DNA of 32,000 bases from Thermosynechococcaceae cyanobacterium MS004 (GTDB lineage Bacteria; Cyanobacteriota; Cyanobacteriia; Thermosynechococcales; Thermosynechococcaceae), in NCBI GenBank assembly GCA_022402525.1, contig JAKRSB010000113.1, forward strand, positions 1 to 32,000, in the 5' to 3' direction. Shown in pieces: positions 7,462 through 16,081 of this stretch. The number at the start of each line of letters is the position of its first letter. Positions within the stretch are counted from its first letter, which is position 1. The notes beneath the pieces are model-generated. The model had not been told where the DNA came from, made no database searches, and worked only from the letters and a program-made list of their open reading frames with translations. The position numbers were made by a program, and so were the translations under genes.

Positions 7462-7937
7462 TAATTCAGCTAAGAGATCCTTTGACGAAGCCTCTAAATT
7501 TATTAAAGTCCTTGATGTGAAAGGCTTTTGCTTCTGAATATAGTTACTTAGCGCAAAGTAGGAATACATCCAATGCTCTTATTATCCAGTGAGTAAACAA
7601 TGTGGCCTGTACAATAGCTACAGTTCGATAGGTGACTCAGATTGCCATCCCAGCTTTGCGCTGCGCTCGCTAAAAGCTTGCTTGAGAACTTTCTAACATC
7701 TTGCAGTCACCCCCTAAGTTCCCCAAAATGGGGGACTTTATCCATTTTTAAGCTCCCCAGAATGAGAGGTCGGGGGTTGATGATGGCGGACGAACTTTCA
7801 AAACAACCTCTTAGCGGAGACCTAGGCTCAGCTTCTTTGGTCTATACAGGGCATCCGCGTAGACCTGTCCAAAGCCCATGCTTGGATTTTGTCGGAGTAG
7901 TGAACCAGCCAGAGAAATTCGAGGGGGCGTAAGATAA

Positions 7938-8114
7938 CGGCGAATTGCTCAGATCGCTGAGGCAAGCCTGACGACGGCGCGGCGCTGGGAAGTCCTGAAC
8001 AGACATCCGCTATTCACAGGCGGTTGCCCGAATTGTGGTAAGGCGATCGCAGCAGAGATGTTCGTCAACTATGACTGCAAGCAATGTGGCTGGCAGTATG
8101 ACCTCAACCGTTGA
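7938..8114 (+). pseudogene. Possible 5'-truncated zinc-ribbon ORF at the low-GC/high-GC junction
   Basis: High-GC reading frame ...ARRWEVLNRHPLFTGGCPNCGKAIAAEMFVNYDCKQCGWQYDLNR* with CxxC...CxxC. It is closed upstream by TAA at 7935. There is no ATG/GTG/TTG before the zinc ribbon, only CTG at 7968. Confidence 0.25.
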
Positions 8115-8203
8115 GGGTCGTGCTGCACAACCAAGGGTATAATCATTTATTCATAAGGGTTTTATGAATTCTCTACACCACCAAGGGGTTGAGCGTACGT
8201 GCT

Positions 8204-8731
8204 ATGACCATAAAGCTATTATTTGTATGCTTGGGCAACATCTGCCGATCGCCATCGGCGGAGGGAATCATGAATCATTTGATTGCGGAGCAGGGTCTGG
8301 GCGATCGCATTCAGTGTGACTCTGCCGGCACCAGCAATTACCATATTGGCGCTGCCCCTGATGCCAGAATGACCCAAGCCGCTCGTGAGTATGGGATTAC
8401 CCTACGCGGCCAGGGGCGTCAGGTGACTTTCTCAGATTTTGAGACCTTTGACTACATTTTGGCCATGGATCAGGCCAACTATCGCACACTCCTTGCCCTG
8501 GATCGGTCTGGAACCTATCAAGACAAGATCCGGCTGATGTGTAGCTTCTGTCAGCAGTTTTCCGATACGGAAGTGCCTGACCCTTACTATGGCGGCTCGG
8601 ACGGGTTTCGGTACGTGGTGGAACTCCTGATGGATGCTTGCGGGGGGCTGCTAGAGCATATTACCCAAACCCATCTGAGTACGGATTTTAGGGCTGCAGA
8701 CTTGAGGGGTGCAGACTCGTCAGGGGCGTAG
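8204..8731 (+). CDS. Low-molecular-weight protein-tyrosine phosphatase
   Basis: LFVCLGNICRSPSAEG (CX5R-S P-loop) and DPYYG general-acid motif. ATG at 8204 is preferred over the track's TTG at 8189. Confidence 0.85.
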   Translation: MTIKLLFVCLGNICRSPSAEGIMNHLIAEQGLGDRIQCDSAGTSNYHIGAAPDARMTQAAREYGITLRGQGRQVTFSDFETFDYILAMDQANYRTLLALDRSGTYQDKIRLMCSFCQQFSDTEVPDPYYGGSDGFRYVVELLMDACGGLLEHITQTHLSTDFRAADLRGADSSGA

Positions 8732-9421
8732 CTCCTCTTCTTTGGGCCGGAGCGTCACGAGCTGGTGCTCCATCGCATAGCGGACGAGATCTGCGCGGTT
8801 GCTGGTTTCCGTGCGCTGCAGCAGGCGACTTACATATTTTTCAACAGTGCGAGGGCTAAGGTTGAGATTGAGTCCAATCTGACGGTTGGATTGCCCCTGG
8901 CACAAGAAGCCTAAGACCTGTAATTCTCGTTCGGATAGCGCTAGGCTATGGGCCGTGATGTGATGAGACTGGGCAGGCGCAGGCTCCAGGTCTGGAACAT
9001 CCGGCGATCGCGTTTGCCAGTCTGATTGCATCATTTGGGTTTGCATCATTTGGTGACGGTCTAGGAGATTACGCACGATCGCCGACAGCTCAGATAAGTC
9101 AAACGGTTTTGCCACGTAAGCGTCACAGCCCAGTCGATACCCACGCACCCGATCTTCCACCTGCCCGCGCGCGGTCAAAAAAATCACGGGCAGGAGCCGA
9201 TAGGCAGGCAGCATCCGCACCTTACGCACCAGCTCGTAGCCGTCCATCCGGGGCAGCGAAATATCTGCAATCATGAGGTGGGGATGGTAAAGATAAATCA
9301 AATCAAACGCTTCCTCAGCATTGGGAGCCGCAAGCACCGCATAGCCTTCTACCTCAAAATGATCCGTCAGCGCTAGCGCAATGGCTGGATCGTCTTCAAC
9401 AATTAGGACGGTTAAGGGCAT
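8720..9421 (-). CDS. Response regulator, NarL/LuxR family (REC + HTH)
   Basis: VLIVEDDP...ADISLPRMDG...AKPF receiver domain. C-terminal SERELQVLGFLCQGQSNRQIGLNLNLSPRTVEKYVSRLL is a LuxR-type HTH. Its 3' end overlaps the phosphatase gene convergently by 12 nt. Confidence 0.9.
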   Translation of the reverse strand: MPLTVLIVEDDPAIALALTDHFEVEGYAVLAAPNAEEAFDLIYLYHPHLMIADISLPRMDGYELVRKVRMLPAYRLLPVIFLTARGQVEDRVRGYRLGCDAYVAKPFDLSELSAIVRNLLDRHQMMQTQMMQSDWQTRSPDVPDLEPAPAQSHHITAHSLALSERELQVLGFLCQGQSNRQIGLNLNLSPRTVEKYVSRLLQRTETSNRADLVRYAMEHQLVTLRPKEEELRP

Positions 9422-9488
9422 GGGGCTAAGGTTCAGAATCTTTCCCCATCATAGGAACACATGCCCTCTCTCTTGCAAACAAGCATTC

Positions 9489-9558
9489 CTCATGAAGAGA
9501 ACTCATGAAGAAACCTCATGAAGAAGCTCAACCCAGAAATGGCTCAACCCAGAAATGG
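9489..9558. repeat. Tandem repeats: 13 bp x3 (CTCATGAAGArAn) then 16 bp x2 (CTCAACCCAGAAATGG)
   Basis: Read directly in the divergent spacer between the response regulator and the glycosyltransferase. Confidence 0.9.
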
Positions 9559-9696
9559 CTCTCGGAACCGTTGAAGGATAAAGCAATAGACCAATGAACG
9601 AAGCAGCCCAAGAAAAGCTAGAAAAGCGAGAAAGGTTTAAGGGTCTCAAAACGCTATGGTTGGGGTAGCCATTTTCGTCCTTCGGATTGTTCGCCC

Positions 9697-10668
9697 GTGG
9701 ATCGACCGACCTATTCCTTCGTGATTCCGCTCTATAACGAAGCAGAAACCCTCCCCGAACTCTACCGCCAGCTCACCCATCTCTTTGAGGCACTGGAGGG
9801 TGAGGTGGAGCTAATTTTGGTGGATGACGGGAGCCACGATCGCTCTCTGGAAATTTTGCGATCGCTCCAGAGCCGTGACGCGCGAGTCCGATATGTGAGC
9901 CTAGGTCGTAACTTTGGCCATCAGATTGCCCTCTCGGCAGGGCTCCAGTTTGTCACGGGAAAAGCCATTATCGTCATGGATGCCGACCTCCAGGATCCAC
10001 CAGAGGTCGTCTTAAAGCTGATTGAGAAATGGCAAGAAGGTTACGAAGTTGTCTATGCCCAACGCATTAGCCGTTCTCAAGAAAGCTGGCTGAAGCGAGG
10101 GCTGGCCTTTGGGTTCTATCGTCTCCTACAGCAGCTATCCGATGTCAATATCCCCGCCGACACAGGAGACTTTTGCCTAATGGATGAGGCCGTGGTAGCG
10201 GTCTTAACCCACATGCCAGAGCGGAACCGCTATATTCGTGGACTGAGAGCTTGGGTCGGGTTTCGGCAAATTGCGGTACCCTTTGACCGTCCTGGTCGCT
10301 ATGCGGGTTCGGTGAAGTACACCTTTCGTAAATCCTTTGGGCTGGCGCTCAACAGCATTTTAGGGTTTTCCAAAGTACCCCTGCGCCTCTCCACCTACCT
10401 AGGACTATTCTCGGCAGGCTTTGCAGGGCTGATGATGGCGCTCACCCTCTACTGGCGCATTTTTCAAACGTCTACCTCGGCCCATCGGCTAGAGGGCTTC
10501 ACCCTCATTACGATCGCCATTTTTTTCTTGGGCGCAGTGCAGCTAATTTGTATGGGCATTTTAGGGGAATACATTGGCCGCATCTATGAAGAGGTTAAGG
10601 GCCGCCCTCTCTATACGGTCAGAGAGCTTGGCGGCATTCCCAAAGATCGCGGAAGCCTCCCATCATAG
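9697..10668 (+). CDS. Family 2 glycosyltransferase (polyprenol-phosphate sugar transferase, GtrB/ArnC-like)
   Basis: [11 protein letters not shown]...VDDGSHDRS...[10 protein letters not shown] motifs plus two C-terminal TM helices. GTG start. Confidence 0.88.
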   Translation: MDRPTYSFVIPLYNEAETLPELYRQLTHLFEALEGEVELILVDDGSHDRSLEILRSLQSRDARVRYVSLGRNFGHQIALSAGLQFVTGKAIIVMDADLQDPPEVVLKLIEKWQEGYEVVYAQRISRSQESWLKRGLAFGFYRLLQQLSDVNIPADTGDFCLMDEAVVAVLTHMPERNRYIRGLRAWVGFRQIAVPFDRPGRYAGSVKYTFRKSFGLALNSILGFSKVPLRLSTYLGLFSAGFAGLMMALTLYWRIFQTSTSAHRLEGFTLITIAIFFLGAVQLICMGILGEYIGRIYEEVKGRPLYTVRELGGIPKDRGSLPS

Positions 10669-10684
10669 GATGAGAACAAAGATA

Positions 10685-10731
10685 GGGTTAGGAGAAAGGG
10701 CTAGGAAAAAGGGTTAGGAGAAAGGGCTAGG
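10685..10731. repeat. Tandem repeat, 26-bp period x2 (GGGTTAGGAGAAAGGGCTAGG)
   Basis: Read directly downstream of the glycosyltransferase stop. Confidence 0.9.
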
Positions 10732-10841
10732 CAGGAGTAAGCATTGAAAACACTTACCATAGTCATAGCAGTCTGTTGATTGAAGGCTGTTCCTAGAAGT
10801 TTTTCCGACGACTACGCCTAGAAAATAATCCAGCAACGAGT

Positions 10842-11552
10842 ATGGCTCCAGAAGAACAAATTAGCTTATTTGGCTCCCTGGAGCCGTCCATCAGCCCTGC
10901 TTCAAGTGCGGTTCCAGCTCATTTCGATCCAGCATTAATTCCAACCAGTGCCAAGGTGCCCATTCCAGTGGGGACCTATGGCTCCATTGATGAAATGGTG
11001 CCCCACTGCACCACCTGTCATCGCTGTGAATTGGGGCAGTCCCGAATTAATTCCGTCATTGGTCGCGGCAATCCTCAAGCGCCCATTTTAGTCATCGGGG
11101 AAGGGCCTGGGCAGAACGAAGACGAAACGGGTCTTCCGTTCGTGGGCAGGGCGGGGCAGCTCTTGGAGAAAATTCTGGCATCGGTGAAACTGAGCGCTGA
11201 GCAAGATGTCTATCTCTGCAATATCGTGAAGTGTCGCCCCCCCGGGAACCGAACACCGACAGCCGATGAGTCGGATGCCTGTAAGCCCTATGTCCTAGAG
11301 CAAATTCGTCTGGTGAACCCTAAGATTATTTTGTTGACAGGGGCAACGGCGGTGCGGGGGCTGACCGGGGACAAGCGCGGCATTACAAAAATTCGCGGTC
11401 AGTGGATAGACTGGCAGGGCTATCTCTGTATGCCCATCCTGCATCCCGCCTATCTGCTCAGAAACCCCTCCAAGGAGCCAAATAGCCCAAAATGGCTGAT
11501 GTGGCAAGATATTAAGGCCATCCGCGTTAAGCTGGACGAGCTTACGGCCTAG
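10842..11552 (+). CDS. Uracil-DNA glycosylase, family 4
   Basis: CTTCHRCEL...LVIGEGPGQNEDETGLPFVGRAGQLL (motif A) and HPAYLLRNP (motif B). Confidence 0.9.
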   Translation: MAPEEQISLFGSLEPSISPASSAVPAHFDPALIPTSAKVPIPVGTYGSIDEMVPHCTTCHRCELGQSRINSVIGRGNPQAPILVIGEGPGQNEDETGLPFVGRAGQLLEKILASVKLSAEQDVYLCNIVKCRPPGNRTPTADESDACKPYVLEQIRLVNPKIILLTGATAVRGLTGDKRGITKIRGQWIDWQGYLCMPILHPAYLLRNPSKEPNSPKWLMWQDIKAIRVKLDELTA

Positions 11553-11572
11553 CGGGTAAGGTCTTACTCCGT

Positions 11573-11624
11573 CAGTCAAGGTGTGCAGTCAAGGTGTCCA
11601 ATCAAGCTGTCCAATCAAAGGATC
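11573..11624. repeat. Degenerate 13-bp tandem repeat x4 (CAGTCAAGGTGTG / CAATCAAGCTGTC)
   Basis: Read directly downstream of the UDG gene. Confidence 0.85.
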
Positions 11625-11690
11625 TTTGGTACGATTGAATCCTTTGTTTGTGTCTTTTGCGGGCATTTCGTTGTCAATCATCATTGCTTG

Positions 11691-11720
11691 AGTTCATTAG
11701 TTTTAGTTCATTAGTTTTAG
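11691..11720. repeat. 14-bp tandem repeat x2 (AGTTCATTAGTTTT) abutting the permease ATG
   Basis: Read directly. It ends 1 nt before ATG 11722. Confidence 0.9.
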
Positions 11721-11721
11721 T

Positions 11722-12777
11722 ATGAATGAACAATTTAACAGCGGGCTAACGGTTTTTTTAAGCCTAATTGTGGAGGCCATTCCCTTTTTGCTGATGGGGG
11801 TATTTGTCTCTAGTGTGCTACTGCTGTTTGTGGATGAGCGCCGCTTGATTGAGCTGATGCCCAAAAATCCGCTGATGGGGGCATTAGCGGGAGGAATCTT
11901 GGGGTTTCTGTTTCCGGTCTGTGAGTGCGGCAATGTACCTGTGGCGCGTCGGTTGCTGGTGCAGGGGGTACCCATTCCTGTGGCCATTAGCTTTTTGCTA
12001 GCGGCACCGACCATTAATCCTGTAGTAATCTGGGCGACCTGGACGGCTTTTCGCGATCAGCCTGAGATTGTGGTGCTGCGGGTGATATTTTCTTTGGTGA
12101 TCGCCATTATTGTGGGCTGTGTTTTTAGCGTACAGTCAGACTTTCGCCCCTTTTTGCAGCCTTCCCTTACTCGATGGATGCCCGATCCGGCTCCGTGCAG
12201 CATCTCGGATACGCCTGCTTTACTCCAGTCCGGTACGTTTTTGCTCGACCAGCCCGGTCAGCCCATTGCGCTGAATGCTTCCTTTGCCGCTGCTGCATTA
12301 AATGCGCCTCAAGGTTCCTTTAGTCCTCCAGGTTTACCTAGACAGAAACGTGGAGCGCTAGCGATTCTGCGCGATCGCCTGCCCCTACTGCTGGAGAATA
12401 TGGTCAAAGAGCTGCGGGAGCTGGGAGGTATTCTAGTCCTCGGTAGCCTGCTTGCTGCAATTATTCAGGTTGCTGTCCCGCGCGAATGGATTTTAAGCAT
12501 TGGTCAAGGCTCCGTCACCTCCGTGCTTGCGATGCTAATCTTGGGCGGCGTCATTTCAATTTGCTCCACCGTGGATGCATTCTTTGCCCTATCCTTTGCC
12601 TCCACCTTTACAAGTGGGGCACTGCTGGCCTTTTTGGTCTTTGGCCCAATGTTTGATCTCAAAAGCCTAGGGCTAATGCTGACCGTCTTTCGGCCGCGTG
12701 CGGTCGTTTATATGGTGGGGCTTATTGTACAGCTCACCCTAATTTTGACGCTGTTTGTGAACCTGCATGTGAGTTAA
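11722..12777 (+). CDS. Predicted permease (COG0701/YraQ-ArsP-like, two-repeat membrane protein)
   Basis: Polytopic membrane protein with FPVCECGNVPVARRLL and a second-half ICSTVDAFFALSF motif, typical of this permease family. Confidence 0.8.
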   Translation: MNEQFNSGLTVFLSLIVEAIPFLLMGVFVSSVLLLFVDERRLIELMPKNPLMGALAGGILGFLFPVCECGNVPVARRLLVQGVPIPVAISFLLAAPTINPVVIWATWTAFRDQPEIVVLRVIFSLVIAIIVGCVFSVQSDFRPFLQPSLTRWMPDPAPCSISDTPALLQSGTFLLDQPGQPIALNASFAAAALNAPQGSFSPPGLPRQKRGALAILRDRLPLLLENMVKELRELGGILVLGSLLAAIIQVAVPREWILSIGQGSVTSVLAMLILGGVISICSTVDAFFALSFASTFTSGALLAFLVFGPMFDLKSLGLMLTVFRPRAVVYMVGLIVQLTLILTLFVNLHVS

Positions 12778-13481
12778 GCTGCCCTTTTTAGGGCTTCAAT
12801 ATCTGCCGACACAATCTTATCCAGGTTGTTTGTAATCTTTTCAATTTCCCAATTCCACCAAGCGATTTCCAGTAAGGATTGGATGACCTTATCCTCAAAA
12901 CGCTGACGGATGCACTGAGCTGGATTGCCGCCAAAAATGCTGTAGGGCGGGACATTGCTCACGACGACTGATTTTGCTGCAATGATTGCCCCATCGCCCA
13001 CCTGAACCCCTGGCATCATGACAGATTCATAACCAATCCACACATCGTTGCCGACGACTGTATTGCCTTTGTAGGGAAGCTTTTCGAGCGGAGGGTCTAC
13101 TTTTTCCCAGCCGTTGCCGAAGATCTGAAAGGGATAGGTTGAAAACCCATCTAGCTGATGATTCGCGCCATTCATAATAAACTTTATGCCTCTTGCTAAA
13201 GCACAAAATTTCCCAATGATGAGCTGATCGCCAACAAATGGAAAGTGATATAAAACGTTGCGCTCAAAGTCTTCCGAGTCTTCTGGATCGTCGTAATAGG
13301 TATAGTCCCCAATGATGATATTAGGATTCGATACGGTATTTTGAATGAAGCAGATTTGCGGGAATCCCTTCATCGGGTGCTTATCTTTTGGATCAGCTCC
13401 GAACACAGTAGCCTCCAGCTTCCATAAATGCTTTATTTCCGCATCATAACGGTGAAAGCCAGCGGCGGCAGATGATTTCAA
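12774..13481 (-). CDS. Vat-family streptogramin A / xenobiotic O-acetyltransferase (hexapeptide repeat)
   Basis: NIIIGDYTYYDD...LIIGKFCALARGIKFIMNGANHQLDGFSTYPFQIFGNGWEK...GNDVWIGYESVMMPGVQVGDGAIIAAKSVVVSNVPPYSIFGGNPAQCIRQRF...WWNW closely parallels Vat(A-H) proteins as I remember them. The N-terminus is uncertain (alternative ATG at 13373). Confidence 0.85.
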   Translation of the reverse strand: MKSSAAAGFHRYDAEIKHLWKLEATVFGADPKDKHPMKGFPQICFIQNTVSNPNIIIGDYTYYDDPEDSEDFERNVLYHFPFVGDQLIIGKFCALARGIKFIMNGANHQLDGFSTYPFQIFGNGWEKVDPPLEKLPYKGNTVVGNDVWIGYESVMMPGVQVGDGAIIAAKSVVVSNVPPYSIFGGNPAQCIRQRFEDKVIQSLLEIAWWNWEIEKITNNLDKIVSADIEALKRAA

Positions 13482-13577
13482 ACTCTCACCGATAACCTGT
13501 GCTTCGTCCGCATCAACGCAGGGTTCAGCAGGGTTCGACGGTTGACGCTACTTTCAGGCAAAACGGTGGGATCAGAA

Positions 13578-13622
13578 TACTTGCTTGTATAGCTTGCAAG
13601 TAGATTTTTTAGACAGTAATAT
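13578..13622 (+). promoter_or_regulatory. Putative sigma70-type promoter (TTGCAA-17-TAATAT) overlapped by inverted repeat TACTTGC-N11-GCAAGTA
   Basis: -35 at 13594-13599 and -10 at 13617-13622, 34 nt upstream of the methyltransferase ATG. The IR arms are at 13578-13584 and 13596-13602. Confidence 0.35.
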
Positions 13623-13655
13623 AGGGTACCTAGTTTTAGTTTCGCTTCCGAAATA

Positions 13656-15086
13656 ATGTCTACCCAATACCTTTCTGTGAAAGAAAGCTCTGAAATTCTC
13701 AACTGTTCAGAGCAGTACGTTCGCCAACTACTCCGGCATGGTGAAATCAGCGGCGAAAGGATTAGCAGCCGCTGGATTGTAGCATCAGAGTCTGTGCATG
13801 AGTACCGTTGTAAGGGAGAGGATGCCAATCTAGGCGTTCCCGATCATGGGCGACGATCCTTCAGTAAACCAGACTTCAAAGCCTTAAGTTTTTTCTCTGG
13901 CTGCATGGGTCTAGACTTGGGACTAGAAAAAGAAGGAATCAAGGTATTGCTTGCCTGCGAGATTGATGCAGCCGCACGAAAAACAATAGAGACGAATCGG
14001 CCGGATATGGCTCTGATTGGTGATATTAGGGACTATTCAGCGATAGAAATTCGAGAAAAAGCAGGGTTGAGTTCGACCGATGAGATTGATGTCATTGTTG
14101 GTGGTCCGCCATGCCAAGCTTTTAGCAGTGCAGGTAAACGTCAAGGATTCAATGATGATCGCGGCAATGTCTTTTTAACATTCATCGATTTAATCACTGA
14201 ACTTAAACCCAGATTTGCCGTAATTGAAAATGTTCGAGGATTACTATCGGCTCCACTGAAGCACAGACCCCATGAAATGAGAGGGAAGAATTTTCCATCC
14301 TTATCTCAGGATGAACAACGAGGAGGGGCACTGCTTTTTATTACCCGAAGACTCAAGCAGGCAGGATATAGTATTTCGTTTAACTTATACAATTCCGCTA
14401 ATTTTGGATCACCTCAACAGCGAGAAAGAGTTGTTATTACTTGTAGCCGTGATGGCGAAAAACTTCCCTATCTTATGCCAACTCATGCTGAGAAAGGTTT
14501 GTATGGGCTTCCACAATGGCGGACATTGAGAGAAGCTCTGGAAGGACTGCCCAAAGACGGACATCATTTTGTCAAGTTTCCTGAGAAGCGACTCAAATAC
14601 TACAAGCTTCTGAAATCTGGGCAATATTGGCGAGATTTGCCAGCAGAGTTACACCAAGAGGCGCTTGGGGCTTCGTATCATGCAGGAGGTGGAAAAACTG
14701 GTTTTTATCGGAGGTTAGCTTGGGATAAACCTTCTCCAACACTGGTCACTCATCCAGCCATGCCCGCAACCGATCTGGCACATCCAGAAGAGGATAGACC
14801 ACTCAGTATTGAAGAGTACAAGCGCATCCAAGAGTTTCCTGATGATTGGGCGATCGCGGGAAGTTTACTGGATCAGTATCGGCAAGTTGGAAATGCTGTG
14901 CCCTGTTCTCTGGGAAGGGCGATCGCTAGGATGTTGTTAACTCATCGTTCGGGGGAAACACCGATCATCTATCCAGACTTTCCCTACTCGCGTTATCACA
15001 AGACAGATGATGTAAGTTGGACGATTGAAACTTTAGGTGATCTTGAAGAATCCTCGGAAACACAGCTTTCTTTGAATTTAGTTTGA
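13656..15086 (+). CDS. DNA (cytosine-5) methyltransferase with N-terminal excisionase/MerR-type HTH
   Basis: HTH YLSVKESSEILNCSEQYVRQLLRHGEISGERISSRWIV. Motif I FFSGCMGLDLG, motif IV GGPPCQAFS, motif VI AVIENVRGL, motif VIII QQRERVVI, motif X QVGNAVP. Confidence 0.92.
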   Translation: MSTQYLSVKESSEILNCSEQYVRQLLRHGEISGERISSRWIVASESVHEYRCKGEDANLGVPDHGRRSFSKPDFKALSFFSGCMGLDLGLEKEGIKVLLACEIDAAARKTIETNRPDMALIGDIRDYSAIEIREKAGLSSTDEIDVIVGGPPCQAFSSAGKRQGFNDDRGNVFLTFIDLITELKPRFAVIENVRGLLSAPLKHRPHEMRGKNFPSLSQDEQRGGALLFITRRLKQAGYSISFNLYNSANFGSPQQRERVVITCSRDGEKLPYLMPTHAEKGLYGLPQWRTLREALEGLPKDGHHFVKFPEKRLKYYKLLKSGQYWRDLPAELHQEALGASYHAGGGKTGFYRRLAWDKPSPTLVTHPAMPATDLAHPEEDRPLSIEEYKRIQEFPDDWAIAGSLLDQYRQVGNAVPCSLGRAIARMLLTHRSGETPIIYPDFPYSRYHKTDDVSWTIETLGDLEESSETQLSLNLV

Positions 15087-15830
15087 CGGCTCAGACAAAA
15101 ATTGCCAAGGATTGTTTACCTCCACCGCTAAAGCATGTGGATTTTCTGTCAAAATCTGCTGAACAAACATGGCAAAGTTTTCTTCGGAAAAACGAGTCGT
15201 TCCATACTTATCATTGAAGTAAGACCATCGATATGATCCTGTCCTAGCATCAACTCTGTACCACTTTTCGATGGGTTGGCTGATTCTAACCCTAGAAGAC
15301 GAGCTATTTTCTGAATTACTGCGGTTTTTCACCTGAAAGAGAGAACCATCAACATTACAAAAATCGACATGGCGAACGGACTCGCCCCAGCAGCAATACC
15401 AGCCATATTCATCTAACTGTTCAGCCAGAAATTCTTCGAGGAGTAATCCCTGAATATTTTCGGCTGACATGGACAGCCTGTGAGCATACTGGATCTGCTC
15501 AAGATGATCTGATGTTAACCGTGTCAATCTGGCATTGATGATTGTATTAACAATTGGATCAGCAACTGTTTTTGGTGGTTGCGAGATTCGTCTTGAAATT
15601 CTGTTCTCATAGCTATCACTGTACTTTTTCAGCCAAGACTGAGCTAAGTCTTCCAGCGTAGTGCCTTTCAGGGCTGGAGAAAGCCCTGGATTTCTGTAAC
15701 AGGCAGTTAAAATCGTGCGATGAGCTTCTAGGAATGGCTGGCCATGCTGGGAAAAAGCATTTTGAAAGATTTGTAAAAATAGTTCTTCAGAACTAGATGT
15801 ACTAATGATTTCATCAAATGTAACAGACAT
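15078..15830 (-). CDS. Putative type II restriction endonuclease (PD-(D/E)xK-like), cognate to the adjacent methyltransferase
   Basis: 250 aa, convergent with the MTase and overlapping it by 9 nt. Candidate catalytic pattern LLEEFLAE...HVDFCNVDGSLFQVKNRS (E...D-x10-QxK). The family assignment was not verified. Confidence 0.5.
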   Translation of the reverse strand: MSVTFDEIISTSSSEELFLQIFQNAFSQHGQPFLEAHRTILTACYRNPGLSPALKGTTLEDLAQSWLKKYSDSYENRISRRISQPPKTVADPIVNTIINARLTRLTSDHLEQIQYAHRLSMSAENIQGLLLEEFLAEQLDEYGWYCCWGESVRHVDFCNVDGSLFQVKNRSNSENSSSSRVRISQPIEKWYRVDARTGSYRWSYFNDKYGTTRFSEENFAMFVQQILTENPHALAVEVNNPWQFLSEPSN

Positions 15831-15887
15831 AAAAATTTTCTTTATTCAGGCAAGAAAATTACGAATCAGAAATGCTCAGATTGTATG

Positions 15888-16055
15888 TCATAATGCTCGT
15901 TCTGCACATTGATTCAGATAGAAAAAATCTTGCAAATGACAGATTAAGCTCTCAACTACTTGACTAACGGCTTGGGCGTCAGTGGTGGCAAGTGCTTTCG
16001 AGTCATTGCCAGAGCGTTGAAGCCATCCGCTGCGCGCACTGGCTAGATATTTCAT
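15888..16055 (-). CDS. Possible 55-aa small ORF / GC-rich gene remnant
   Basis: My own translation: MKYLASARSGWLQRSGNDSKALATTDAQAVSQVVESLICHLQDFFYLNQCAERAL. About 90 bp of it is visibly GC-richer than the surrounding AT-rich island. It lies between the AAA+ and endonuclease genes on the same strand. Confidence 0.2.
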   Translation of the reverse strand: MKYLASARSGWLQRSGNDSKALATTDAQAVSQVVESLICHLQDFFYLNQCAERAL

Positions 16056-16081
16056 AGAGTAAGCTCAATGTGATTGTCAAT

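Noticed and set aside
7615-7640. A tRNA-like T-arm motif (CAGTTCGATAGG).
   Set aside because: No acceptor stem, anticodon arm or D-arm can be built around it. I found no convincing tRNA, rRNA or tmRNA gene anywhere in the window.
7642-7932. 96-aa plus-strand ORF.
   Set aside because: It reads through G/C-run repeat debris (CCCCAAAATGGGGG, CTCCCCAGAATGAGAGGTCGGGGG) typical of non-coding cyanobacterial repeat remnants. It has a TTG start and no motif.
13478-13828. 116-aa minus-strand ORF overlapping the 5' end of the methyltransferase gene.
   Set aside because: It runs antisense to a well-supported HTH-MTase coding region and across its promoter. It has no motifs and a low-complexity composition.
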